Positions 52,691 through 64,000 of a DNA stretch of 64,000 nt are shown here, one piece after another. Source of the DNA: the human T2T-CHM13v2.0 reference genome, Homo sapiens; the NCBI RefSeq assembly GCF_009914755.1, contig NC_060934.1, one strand, 5' to 3'. The translations under genes were made by a program, and so were the position numbers. Numbering within the stretch: position 1 is the first letter of the stretch; each line of letters starts with the position of its first letter. The notes below the pieces were generated by a model that was not told the DNA's origin, did not search any database, and saw nothing but the letters and a program-made list of their open reading frames with translations.

Positions 52691-52747
52691 TCTCTGAGCC
52701 ATGGTGGGAAAAATCTCTCTGACCCATGGTGGGAAAAATCTCCCTGA
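52691..52747. repeat. 25-bp tandem duplication (2.3 copies)
   Basis: tctctga(g/c)ccatggtgggaaaaatc x2, then tccctga. Confidence 0.9.
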
Positions 52748-52974
52748 ACTAATCTGCAATTTCCAGGCATTTCTGACCAGTAAGGAAAGGATTTGGTTGC
52801 AGAAGGCTGGGAAGCTAGATTGTAGACCAAGAGATGGAGAAAACTCTTCAAGGGGAGAGCCCAGCCACTACAAAGGGGCCCAGCATGAGGTGTGCTGGAG
52901 GTACCCTGAGGGCCGTGGCTGCCTGACTGACTTATCCTCTACTTTGGGAAAAGGCAACTCAGTGCCTGGATTAA

Positions 52975-53200
52975 ACCATTAGCTCTGGAGGATGCCTGTC
53001 TGGTTTGAATCTTAATTTCTCCATTTCCCAGCTGTGTGACCTCGATAAGATTACTTCATCCTCTGGGTCTGCTTCCTCATATGAAAACAGGAACAAGAAG
53101 TGCATAAACACATTTCAGGGATGTAGGGAAGACTAAAAGGGTTAATATAGGGCAAGCACTTAGCACAGTGCCCAGCATAGAGCAGTACTGTCTAGGCTGT
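52975..53200 (+). mobile_element. MIR
   Basis: gtttgaatctt...cagctgtgtgacctc...agcacttagcacagtgcccagcatagag. Confidence 0.82.
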
Positions 53201-53464
53201 AGCTACCACACATACCCAGTGAAGGCACTCAACTACCAGGTGGACAAGCAACTGATACATGTGTGTGCTGCTCTCTGCTCCCCTTTGGACATTTGGAATT
53301 TCAAGTACTGGGACTTAATACCACAGAGGGCAGAGTTTTGTTTTTCCTGCCTTTGACATGATGTTTATGATCTTCTTTTCTTGTGAACACCCCAGACCTA
53401 GGGACCAGCGGTGGCCTGGCTTCCTGATGCAGCCCATGAACACATTTAAGAATCCAAAAAGGTT

Positions 53465-53766
53465 AGCCAGGCGCAGTGGCTCACGCCTGTAATCTCAGCA
53501 CTTTGGGAGGCTGAGGCAGGCCGATCACTTGAGGCCAGGAGTTGAAGACCAGCCTGGCCAACATGGTGAAACCCTGTCTCCACTAAAAATACAAAAATTA
53601 GCCAGGCATGGTGGTGCACACCTGTAGTCCCAGCTACTGGGGAGGCTGGGGCATGAGAATCGCTTGAACCCAGGAGGTGGAGGTTGCAGTGAGCTGAGAT
53701 TGCACCACTGTACCCCAGAGCAAGACCCTGTCTCAAAAAAACAAAAAACAAAACAAAACAAAAAAA
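53465..53766 (+). mobile_element. AluS/J with a short deletion near the 3' end
   Basis: Full Alu; 'gtaccccagagcaagacc' lacks the consensus cctgggcgacag segment. Confidence 0.93.
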
Positions 53767-55012
53767 CGCCGGGTGGCGGGGTGGGGAGGCGGGGAGAAAG
53801 CTGCCTCTGCATTGCAACTTCCCAAACAGCACAGACATTAACATTTTAGTGATGAAATAACAAAGCTGATATTCTCAGTATCATTCCTTTATTGAGTGAA
53901 ATCAGAAATATAACTTTTTCTTCTTTTTTTTCCCCCGTGGGACTCCATAAAACTATTTTTGTTGTAAATGTTTTAAAAGGCAGCCTGTCAATATTTCAAA
54001 TGTTCCTGAATTGGAGCTCATGGATAAATGACTCTTCCCCCATTGGCCAAGTCTCCTCTCCTGCTGCAGCAAGGAAAGGGGCACTTGGGAGCTGAGAAGG
54101 CAGGAACCAGGCGCCGTTGACACTCCTCTAGTGAGATGAATGTTCCCTCCACTGGGTCAGCAGTGAGCACCAGCCCAAGAAGTGCCCTCGCCTCCCTCCT
54201 GCTGGGCAGTCACCAGGCAACCCTGCAGGCAGTGCACCAAGCTGTTCCTCCATAATGCACACCCAGTCAGGGCCTGGGCACCTCTAGTTACTCAGCAGTG
54301 AGCCCACCTGCTATGTCTCAGGGGCATCCCACACCCAGAAAGCTGCTTCTACTTCAAGCCTACTCCCAGGGGATGCCCCATCAGGGACTAGAGGGTCCTG
54401 CTGAACCCACCCCAGGTTCAAGGTCAGCAGCAGGCTGTTTCACCAGGAAGGCCAGGAGCTATGCTCAAGGTAACCAAAAGGACAGAAGGCCCCACCCAAG
54501 TGTCATCTTGCCCCTCCTCCCAGCTTCCCCATTGGCTAGTAAATGAGTAAACAGACATGGTTCTAAAACCTAGAAGAGCATCAGAACTCCCTGTGGATCT
54601 GGGTTCAATAACACAGATTTGATATTCCACTCCTGGATATTCCAGTTTTGTAGGTCTTGAGCAGGGATCGACTTTTTTTTTTTTTAAGGTTCCAACAGAT
54701 GATACTGTGGCTACGATGGGCAGCTCAGATGTAGGCCACTGGCAACACAGAGTGGAAGGAGAAGCCCACAGGGTTCCTCACTGGGCGACACAAGCTCTTC
54801 AAAGCAAGCTGAGTAAATCTCTTGGTAACAAGCCAAGCCGGACTGCCCACAGCTATGGGCAGGTCTGCTGTGTCTTTCGCCTGCTGAAAGCCCAGGTTGC
54901 AGCACAGGGAACAGCAGAGACAGGATCAAAGGCTCTCTGAGGACAGTCTGTGGCAACAAAGTAGCAGCTCCTCTCTGATGAGGTAAGGAAGAGTCCAAAG
55001 AAATTACTTTTG

Positions 55013-55350
<338 letters not shown>

Positions 55351-56739
55351 GAAAACACTTTTGAAATTTGGAAATGAGGAAGACTAAGGAAGAGTCCAAA
55401 AGAAACTTTGCCTCTGCCCAAGGAGCCCACAAACTTTCCAAGGCCTTCCTGTTCCTGGAAACGGTGCCATCTCCAAAGACTCCTCCGCACATGGAAGAGC
55501 CTGATCTCTCGGGCACAGTCAACCATTACGGCCCATTTTCTCAAACTAGGCCCTCCTGGGGGTCTTAGGGAAAGGGGGCAACATTACACAAGGCAGGTGA
55601 AGGGGATAGCCAATCACAGAGGGGTGCAGGTTGGCATTGACCTCTTCCTAACTTTTCTCATAATATGAAAGTGACTTCTCTTCTCAGAAGAACCGTTCAT
55701 AATGAAATTCGAGCTGCCTCAATCTTCCTTGATCATCTCTTCACTCTTACCACATACACACACGCACGCACACCACAGGAAAACGCATCAGATGAAGAAC
55801 TTCCCCAGTCCAGTGCAGATTTAAGAAAGAGGACACTGACATAGGGAGGTGGGCTGGGGAGCTGGGGAGGGGGCAGACAAACAAGGGCATGTGACTGATA
55901 CACTTCAGGGCGGGAGTCAGACGGCCCCCTCACAGGCCAGGGTGACATGTGACAAAGTCACAAGGCCCTGTGGTATTTCTTGAAACTTGATTTCAGCCCA
56001 AGTCAAACTCCATGGATCAAGGGTCATTTCTGGCTATTATAGGATGAGAGTATCCAGGACTGAAGACCTCATGGGGCAGAAAGAAAAAAAACAGAAAGGT
56101 AGCTCTTGGAGAAATAACCTAAAGATTAGAATCAAGGAAGAGCCAACCTCTCTTCTAACAGGGAAAAAAAATTTACTAAAATGACACTTCAGCATCACCT
56201 ATTTTTTCAAGCTTGTCTTTCTGAACAGAACTTGAAAACACAGTTGTAAAACTGTTTTACTAGTTCAGCCGACTTAGAAAAACAAAAAGAGCTTCTCACA
56301 GCTTTAAACAGAGTCCTGTGCTGAAGTGTTCCAACACTCCAGCCCCACTCTGGGGTTAAGAATGACAGATGATGCAATGTAAAAACATCATTTTCCACTG
56401 GACACAGAGAACATGGTACAATACTTTGGAGGTTAAACAGATGAGAAGGGAACAGTACAGAGACCCAAACTTAGCTCCTCCATGCCTCTAGCACACACAT
56501 ATGCCTCATGGAAGGCATCTGGAGAGGTTAGTGCTAGAGAGGCCAGAAATCTTGTTTCTGGTTCTGTGCTGGAATTAACTAGGTAAACCCTGGATGAACT
56601 GTTACATCTTTGATCGTCACTACCTGAGAATTAACTTAGACAAACATTGACACTCTATAAAGCAGCAATTGCAAAATGTGGGTTTTCAAAAGCACTCTGA
56701 GTTCTTTTCAAAGAGGATGGCATAAGAATCGACACAGCT

Positions 56740-56915
56740 GACATATGGTGTGGACAGAGAGAAATAGCTTGGGCTTGGATTTCCGGTCAGTTCCCCTTTC
56801 TGCCAGTTACCATCAGAGGAACCATGGGCAAATTACCCAATCTCTCTGAGCCTGTGTCTTCACCTTTAAAAATGGTATTATAGTTCTCAAAGTAATTGCG
56901 AGGAATTAAAAGTCA
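56740..56915 (+). mobile_element. MIR (interrupted by the following Alu)
   Basis: accatgggcaaattacccaatctctctgagcctgtgtcttcacctttaaaaatgg...gcgaggaattaaa. Confidence 0.75.
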
Positions 56916-56921
56916 ATTCAG

Positions 56922-57224
<303 letters not shown>

Positions 57225-57892
57225 GGGAATTCTATGCCCTGTAAAGTGCAGTCTATGGAAGTGATGATGATGAAGACCAGGATACAGTACAATAAGGACT
57301 CTTTATGCTTTCAAAACCGTGATTATGCTGCATCTGGTGGAAGCCAGGACTCTGGAAATATGGCCCAGACACACCCAGAACTGAGGATCAAGATGAGCGT
57401 GGATCCCTGGGTCATGAGCATCCCAACCAAGTGCCTGATGCCCAACTCCAGGGAACCATCTTCCCTCCGCACACAATAGTCATTCCATGGTGGTGCACAC
57501 CTGTGAGTCAAAAACACCCTAAGAAAATGTAATCCTTGGGGCATTTCCTCAGCTCCAGCCTCCGGCCCATCAATCACAAGCACAATCAAACTGCAATGCC
57601 TCAAACCAATCTCCTAGGACCCCTGCCAGGGCAGAGACTGAAAGTCACTGAGGCAATAGAGCATGTATTATATTGATGATCCTCTAGCTGCAAGACCTGA
57701 TTGGTTTGAGACTCCCTTGGATAATGCTGGCAATTAATTTTGGCAAAAGAGCAAAAGATAGATGTGACATCCATTGAACACAGAGCTGCACAGGAGTCAG
57801 GTTTCTGGAAGGTAGGAAGAATGCAAGGAAATTAACTCCAGAGTGGTTTGCAGGGAATGGGGGCTCCAGGCTCATTATTTCAATCTTGAAAG

Positions 57893-57908
57893 CTGTCAAT
57901 CACTGTCA
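57893..57908 (-). promoter_or_regulatory. PBX-PREP/MEIS decamer TGATTGACAG with an adjacent MEIS site TGACAG
   Basis: + strand ctgtcaatcactgtca; exact motif match, function untested. Confidence 0.35.
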
Positions 57909-58343
57909 AAAGGCAGTTTAATCTCACCCTGAAGCTTTCAAGAACACTATGAATCCAGGCCTACAATTAGCAGTCCAATGTTGGGCTGATGAGTTATGGG
58001 CATTTTCCATCTGGGAGGGCACAAGCTTCTCCTATCCAGGGCGTGCCCTGGGCATAAAGGATGTGTGGACAAATACAAACACTCCACCAGCCAGAGGTGA
58101 CAGAAATAGGCCTATAATATTTGCCCAACTGGGTTTATGAGACAAGCATGTAGTTCAACACTGTTTATACAGTTCATGAGAGAATCTTGGGCAGTGACAG
58201 AGAATGTAACTCTCATCCTCCTTAGGGCTTCCAGAAATGAACAGAGGATATATATATTTTTTTAAAAAGTGGATCCTCCACATTTTCTAAAGTTTTTAAG
58301 CTCTCTGGGGCAGGTTAAGAAATTCAGACTGCCCAGGAAGTGA

Positions 58344-58606
<263 letters not shown>

Positions 58607-60569
58607 CTCTTTACACCATTCTCTAAGCAAATAAGCTAACATCCCAGAATGGAATTATAGAAAGATTGCACCAGTCAAAAAAGGCATTTGGTATACATAT
58701 TCTAAGAAATGCTACATAATAACAATATGAATTAATAATAAATTACCTTCTTTCACCTTGAACTGAAGGATTTGCAAATTTTCTCAAGTTCTCTTTCATT
58801 TGACCTTCACAACAAACCTGTGACATTTCTTACCCCCTATGAATGGTTAAGGAAAAGACTCAGAAAGTGGGTTCTTGCTTCTTCAGATCCCAGATGACTC
58901 CTGAAATATTCATAATTCTGATCTTAAAAAAAATATAACACAGATGGTAGGACATGCCTCGTGAATCAGGTAATACCCTGGCAGCATCTCCCTTAGAGCG
59001 TAGAATTCCACAGGCAGGGATGTGCCAAACACCCCTGCACGCCAAGCTGGGTGTAGCAACTCCATCAAATCCATTGGATCACGATGATCCTGGTACAGGG
59101 AGAGGGGACAATGGAACAACCAAGGCCCTGGAAGACAGCAACTGAAAATTTTGACCTGTGGTTCACCAGCTTGAATCCAGCACTGGGATGTCGGGGGTGG
59201 GGTGTTCCAGGGAAAAAGACCACAGCTTCTGGATGGTTCCAAGAAGATAGGTTCCCTCATTAAAACTGGTATCAACCAACCCTCTTGTACACAGACCCCT
59301 GTGGTGGGTGTCAAGGGGAAAGAAACAGATGGGCCCAGGATAGATAACACAGATGCCCAGTCCCTGCCCCCAAGAAAGCTGCCCCTGCCAGTTGAGAACA
59401 CTGCTGCATCTCATCTGAAGAGAAGCCTACACAGCAGTCCTGGAATTCCAAATCAGGTGGAAGAAGGCAGATGGCGCAAAATAAACTCAAGAAACAGACA
59501 ATGGGAAGTAAGCATCAAGCCAGGTACCTTGACACAGTACCTCTGGCATGGTCCCCAACAGCTGGCCTGTTGGCCTCCCCAAACAATGCCTCTTTCTAAT
59601 GAGTCTTTCTTTAAAGTGGTCACCGACTATACACCTTAGTGTAGAGCTGCTGGTACAACTTCCTGTAACATAGCAGTTGCAGTGAAGCTCCAGGGCTACG
59701 CTGGGAGTATGAGTGACTGGCTCAGCCCCAGAAGGCAAGTCACTCTCCGTGTCCTGGTCAGCCCAGCCCCTGTCACCGGGCAACATGTGGTTGCGTTCAG
59801 ACATCTCCCACCTGTCCATAAAAGGTGAGGTCTAATGGTGGCCTCTTTGGGACAACCTTAGGGCAATGGGGCATACGTCCAGGACTGAGGCTGAGAAGCA
59901 CACACTGGTGCATCCCTACCAGGGTGAAAATATTGAAATCCTTTTTACATGGTGGTAAGTAGCAGCTTCCCTGAATTCCTGCATGCCTACTACCACCACC
60001 CAGCCTCTACAATGGGACTCCATGCCTCCCCATGATCCAGCGACTGAAGGGTTGGACCTGGCACAGTCGACACTTCTCTAGGACTCTGTCGGTGCCCAGG
60101 CAGCTGTGTAATTGTGAAATGCTTTGAATATCCTCCCCACACGGGCCCAGTCAATGGTGCTGCACCTTAACCCAAACACCTCACTAGTAGAAAGGCTAAG
60201 GAACTCACCTTCCTAAGAACCTGTTGAGGCCACACCACCAGCTGTCCTCCACTGGGCAAGAAGGTGTCACCCCCAGCTCTCCTCTCTAGCTAGGGATCCT
60301 CCATTCCTGCTGAGAGGGACAATCCTGGAAAAAGAACTATAGCCCTTCAGGTATTGTATCCATACCTCTGAGTCTATGTGTGTTTTTGAGAGGAAAAAAA
60401 AATGCTTCTGGTTTCACCTTTAGAACTAAAAATCTGGTTGATCTAATATGCTAGACATTTCAGCAATCTCTGGCCCAACACAGAGTAGGGTGCCACTGTT
60501 CTCTATATTCCTGGCCCAGCTGAATCACAGCATCATAGCATTTAAGCGCCCTCAACTATATTCAGCCCG

Positions 60570-61130
60570 ATATGTTTAAAACTGCAGGTTATGGCCAGGC
60601 ATGGTGGCTCACACCTGTAATCCCAGCACTTTGGGAGGCTGAAGCAGGTGGATCACGAGGTCAGGAGTTTAAGATCAGCCTGACCAACATGGTGAAACCC
60701 TGTCTCTACTAAAAATACAAAAAAAAAAAATCAGCCAGGCGTGGTGGCGGGTGCCTGTAATCTCAGCTACTCAGGAGGCTGAGGCAGGAGAATTACTTGA
60801 ACCCTGGAGGTGGAGGCTGCAGTGAGCCAAGATCACGCTACTGCACTCCAGCCTGGGTGACAGTGCGAGACTCTGTCAACAAAAACAAAACAAAATAAAA
60901 CAAAAACCCTGCAGGTTATGACCCATCAGCAGGTCACAGAATCAACTGAATCATTCACAATCAGCATTTTTCAACTGAAACAACAGCACAGAAAACAGAG
61001 TACTGCATATTAAAAGGGTTGCTGCATGGAACTTTTGTTTAATTACATACATGAACATAAGTATTGGGTTGAGAAAGAAAAGGTATTTCTCATTCTGGGT
61101 TTCAGGGGAAAAAGCTTTTGAAAGCCCCTG
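60570..61130. mobile_element. hAT-Charlie element (MER113-like), interrupted by an Alu
   Basis: tttaaaactgcaggttatgacccatcagcaggtcacagaatcaa...tttgaaagcccctg. Confidence 0.6.
60593..60908 (+). mobile_element. AluSg-like
   Basis: Diagnostic 2-bp deletion ggatcacgaggtc; TSD ctgcaggttat at 60582-60592 and 60909-60919. Confidence 0.93.
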
Positions 61131-61989
61131 ATCTAGCTAACTCCACTCTATCATTGATGAGGAAACTGAGGCTCAGAGAACAGCATGGTCAAGGCCACTC
61201 AGAGAATGTGCAGCCAGGTGAGGTGGTTCTCAGTCCATGCAGCCTGCGGACTTTGCTTTTCTTCTAAGCAGCTCTGGCTCTGGCCATGGGCATTGGGATT
61301 CTGGGATGCTAAGTAGCTGGCTCCTCAGTTCCTAAGAGCTGTGCTCAAGTGGTCTCTAGTGCCATTGAGATTTTCCCCAGCAGAGTAACCCTTAGCACTA
61401 GATCTCCTGAGGCTGACCAGGAGGCCCTGAGAAGAGATGCCAGCCAAGCACCCCATCCCCCATTCCCACAGCCTGGTAGTGGGTTTGGGCCCAGCCTCTA
61501 CATCTCATTCTCTCTTTATAAAGTCTCAAGCAAACTGTGTGGCTGGGACTTTACAATAAACTTGGAGCCTTCTTCAAGCTGAGGCTCCAGCAAACAACTA
61601 GATCTTTCTGAGCAGATGCTTCTGCTCTTTAGGCAGGCTTCCTGTCTCTACAGGTGGTCTAGCCCTGGGACTACTGGAAAAATGAGGGAGTGAGGGTGTG
61701 CTTTGTGAGAGGCTGGGACAGGGGAACGGCTCCTCCTGACAATGTATGGAAACACTTTTTTTTTTTCAATTAAAAATAGCATAGATCACAGATGAGAAAC
61801 TAACTAGAACTATATAAAAATACAACTTTTTTTTTTCCAATGGGACCTGCTTAGATAGAAGCTAACATTCCCTGAAAACTATTTGTCAAGCATTGTGCTA
61901 TGGGCTTCACACACATTATCTCCCTGGATGGTATAGTAGTTATCTCACTTGATATAAAATAAAGTTCAGTGATACCAGTGAATGTATTA

Positions 61990-62230
61990 ATGACATACAC
62001 AGAGCTATCACTTCTACAGTGCTTATTCTATTCTAAGAATTTTGTGTGTTATTTGATCTCATCATCAGCTTGATACAGTTGGTGCTATTCTCATCCCCAC
62101 TTTGCGGATTATGAATTGAGGTAAGAAAGGCTACCTGACATGCCCACACTCACATAGATACTAAGTGGTGGGGCCAGGGTTTGAACCCAGATGGTCCAAG
62201 CTTTGGACCCTCCTAATTACCTCCACTACA
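61990..62230 (-). mobile_element. MIR
   Basis: atccccactttgcggatt...aagtggtggggccagggtttgaacccag. Confidence 0.78.
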
Positions 62231-62624
62231 CTGGTTATGATTCCTTCCACTTTCTGGCGCAGAAGCAGAGACTCGGGAAAGTTAAATCATTTGTGTCCAC
62301 TCCACCCAGAAGCTCTCCACGTACACCAGAGGGATGGAAAACATTTAACAATGGGTAAGGCAGGTCCATGACCTTCACAAGGGGCACCATTGGCTAGGCT
62401 GGAGACCTCCTGCTATGCTGGAAACTGAGCCATTTTAGGGGCTGCTTCAAGGGGAAACCCAGAGGGTTTCAGAGAAGGGATAAGGTAACAGGGACACTCA
62501 CAGCACTTAGGGCAATGTCTATTTTAATCAGCAGGGAAGTTTTCCAATATGTTATCAATTTTGGCCACTGCAAACAGCCAAGATAAGAGAGTGCTAAAGC
62601 TCTTAGTCGAAACTGAATTTTTGC

Positions 62625-62790
62625 ATGTTTCGGGGCTGGAAAGAACTCTTGAGCCATATAGAATTCAACAGCCTCATTTTACCAATGAGGAAACCAAGGC
62701 TGCTATGCAAAGCATGGTGCCCAAGGTCAGAGAACTAGTAAATGACAGAGTCAAAATGAAAATCCAGGGTGCCCAGATGCCCAGATTGGT
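62625..62790 (-). mobile_element. MIR
   Basis: cctcattttaccaatgaggaaaccaaggc...gcccaaggtcagagaactagtaaatgacagag. Confidence 0.82.
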
Positions 62791-64000
62791 ACTTAGGGTG
62801 TTTGGTGGTGGTGGTTTGTTTCTTCCCTATCTGTGCTGATTATATTCAATACACAGATGCTGATGTGCATGCACGGGGCCCAGCCCCCAGCTGCTGTGCC
62901 ACACCCTGACAACCTCAGGATCTTCAGAGAGGCTCAGCTGCTCAAAGTTCCACCAGGGACCATACAAGCTTCATGGATATTCAGATTTTTTTTAGTAAGC
63001 ACCTGAATTTTGTGTAACTGATTTCCACACCCATTGAAGGTGGCTTCTAAATTTAGAATTAACATCCAAAGCGGTCTGTTGCACAAATGTATACTTCCTC
63101 GCAAGCTGTTGTCAGAAACAGTAAAATTGACATCCATAAAACAGTTTCTTCATACCTTAATAATATTGAACTATAAAAATAGAGGATCTCAAGCAAACAA
63201 AGCTGTAACCATAATAACCTTTACAAAGTCTACTACCACAGTCAAGTACTGTCCAGATCTTTTTTTAATGAAAATGTAAAGGTGGCCCCAGCCTTATTCT
63301 CACATGACAATGCAATTCCCTCGGCCCAGCATTCCCTCTAGACACTTGTCACTGCCCAATCCAGAACTTTAGTAATTGATCATTTGGGGTACTAACCTGC
63401 ACCTTATACAATAAAGCCACCTTTGCAGAAACTGCAGCTTCACTTTCATCACTTCCTCCTTTGCCTATTCCAATTAGTTGCTTAGATTCAGTTAGACACG
63501 TCTCCCCATACCAAGCACATTCAGTTGTGCCAGGAGGATGGAAGAAGTCTTTCTTTCAAGACATCTTAACAAAGTAGACATTGCAACGCAATAAAGTAGT
63601 GAGACTCATGGTTGATGCTTACACACAATCTTCCAACAGAATGCTTTATCATCCCTTGCCCAGAACAGATGGGGAAAAAATTACGCTATGCCCTGAAATT
63701 TTCCATTCTTGATCTCAGCCCAAAGGTGACTTTTTTATTTTTAAACTTGAGACTTGAGCAAAAAAAAAAAAAGTTCAACTATTTTTGATTCATGCCCAGG
63801 CTAAAGAAACACATGGTAAGATTCTTTTTTTTTCCAAACCCGTAGGTAGCTCAAACAGCTAAGCTTCAAAAGCTCAAGCTTTCTAACTAGCACTAACAGT
63901 GTTCACAGAGGCAGCACCTCTGCAGTAATTGCAAGGCCAAAAATCAATAGCCGGGGTGAGAAGGAGCTGGGATTCCACTTTCTGGACACATTGTCCCCAG

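Noticed and set aside
59202-59639. 145-aa ORF in unique sequence with protein-like composition
   Set aside because: GTG start, no recognisable family, and equally long antisense ORFs overlap it. BLASTP or PhyloCSF would be needed to rescue it.

Overview
This is primate (human-like) non-coding genomic DNA. It is CpG-poor and dense in interspersed repeats: Alu/FLAM/FRAM, MIR, L1M, L2, MaLR/ERVL LTRs, and hAT-Charlie and Tigger MITEs. I find no credible protein-coding exon, RNA gene or CpG island. The long ORFs come from tandem repeats, and the rest are Alu/L1 or random frames. Nearly all L1 fragments lie on +, which suggests (inference) a large intron of a gene transcribed on the - strand; I cannot name the gene. 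I cannot support a wholly new biological system here. The most unusual structures are: (1) a 90-bp, 89%-identical inverted repeat (10252-10654) that looks like a local inverted copy of a MIR tail; (2) a three-level nested insertion MLT1B>MER44A>LTR with intact target-site duplications (TSDs); (3) an ~865-bp VNTR whose 15- and 21-bp units preserve frame; (4) several small template-switch hairpins and local duplications; and (5) repeat-free, motif-rich islands that look like enhancers (AHR XRE + NRF2 ARE, PBX/MEIS decamer, SOX/FOX/homeobox). Repeat family names are from recalled consensus similarity, not a database run, and boundaries of old repeats are approximate.
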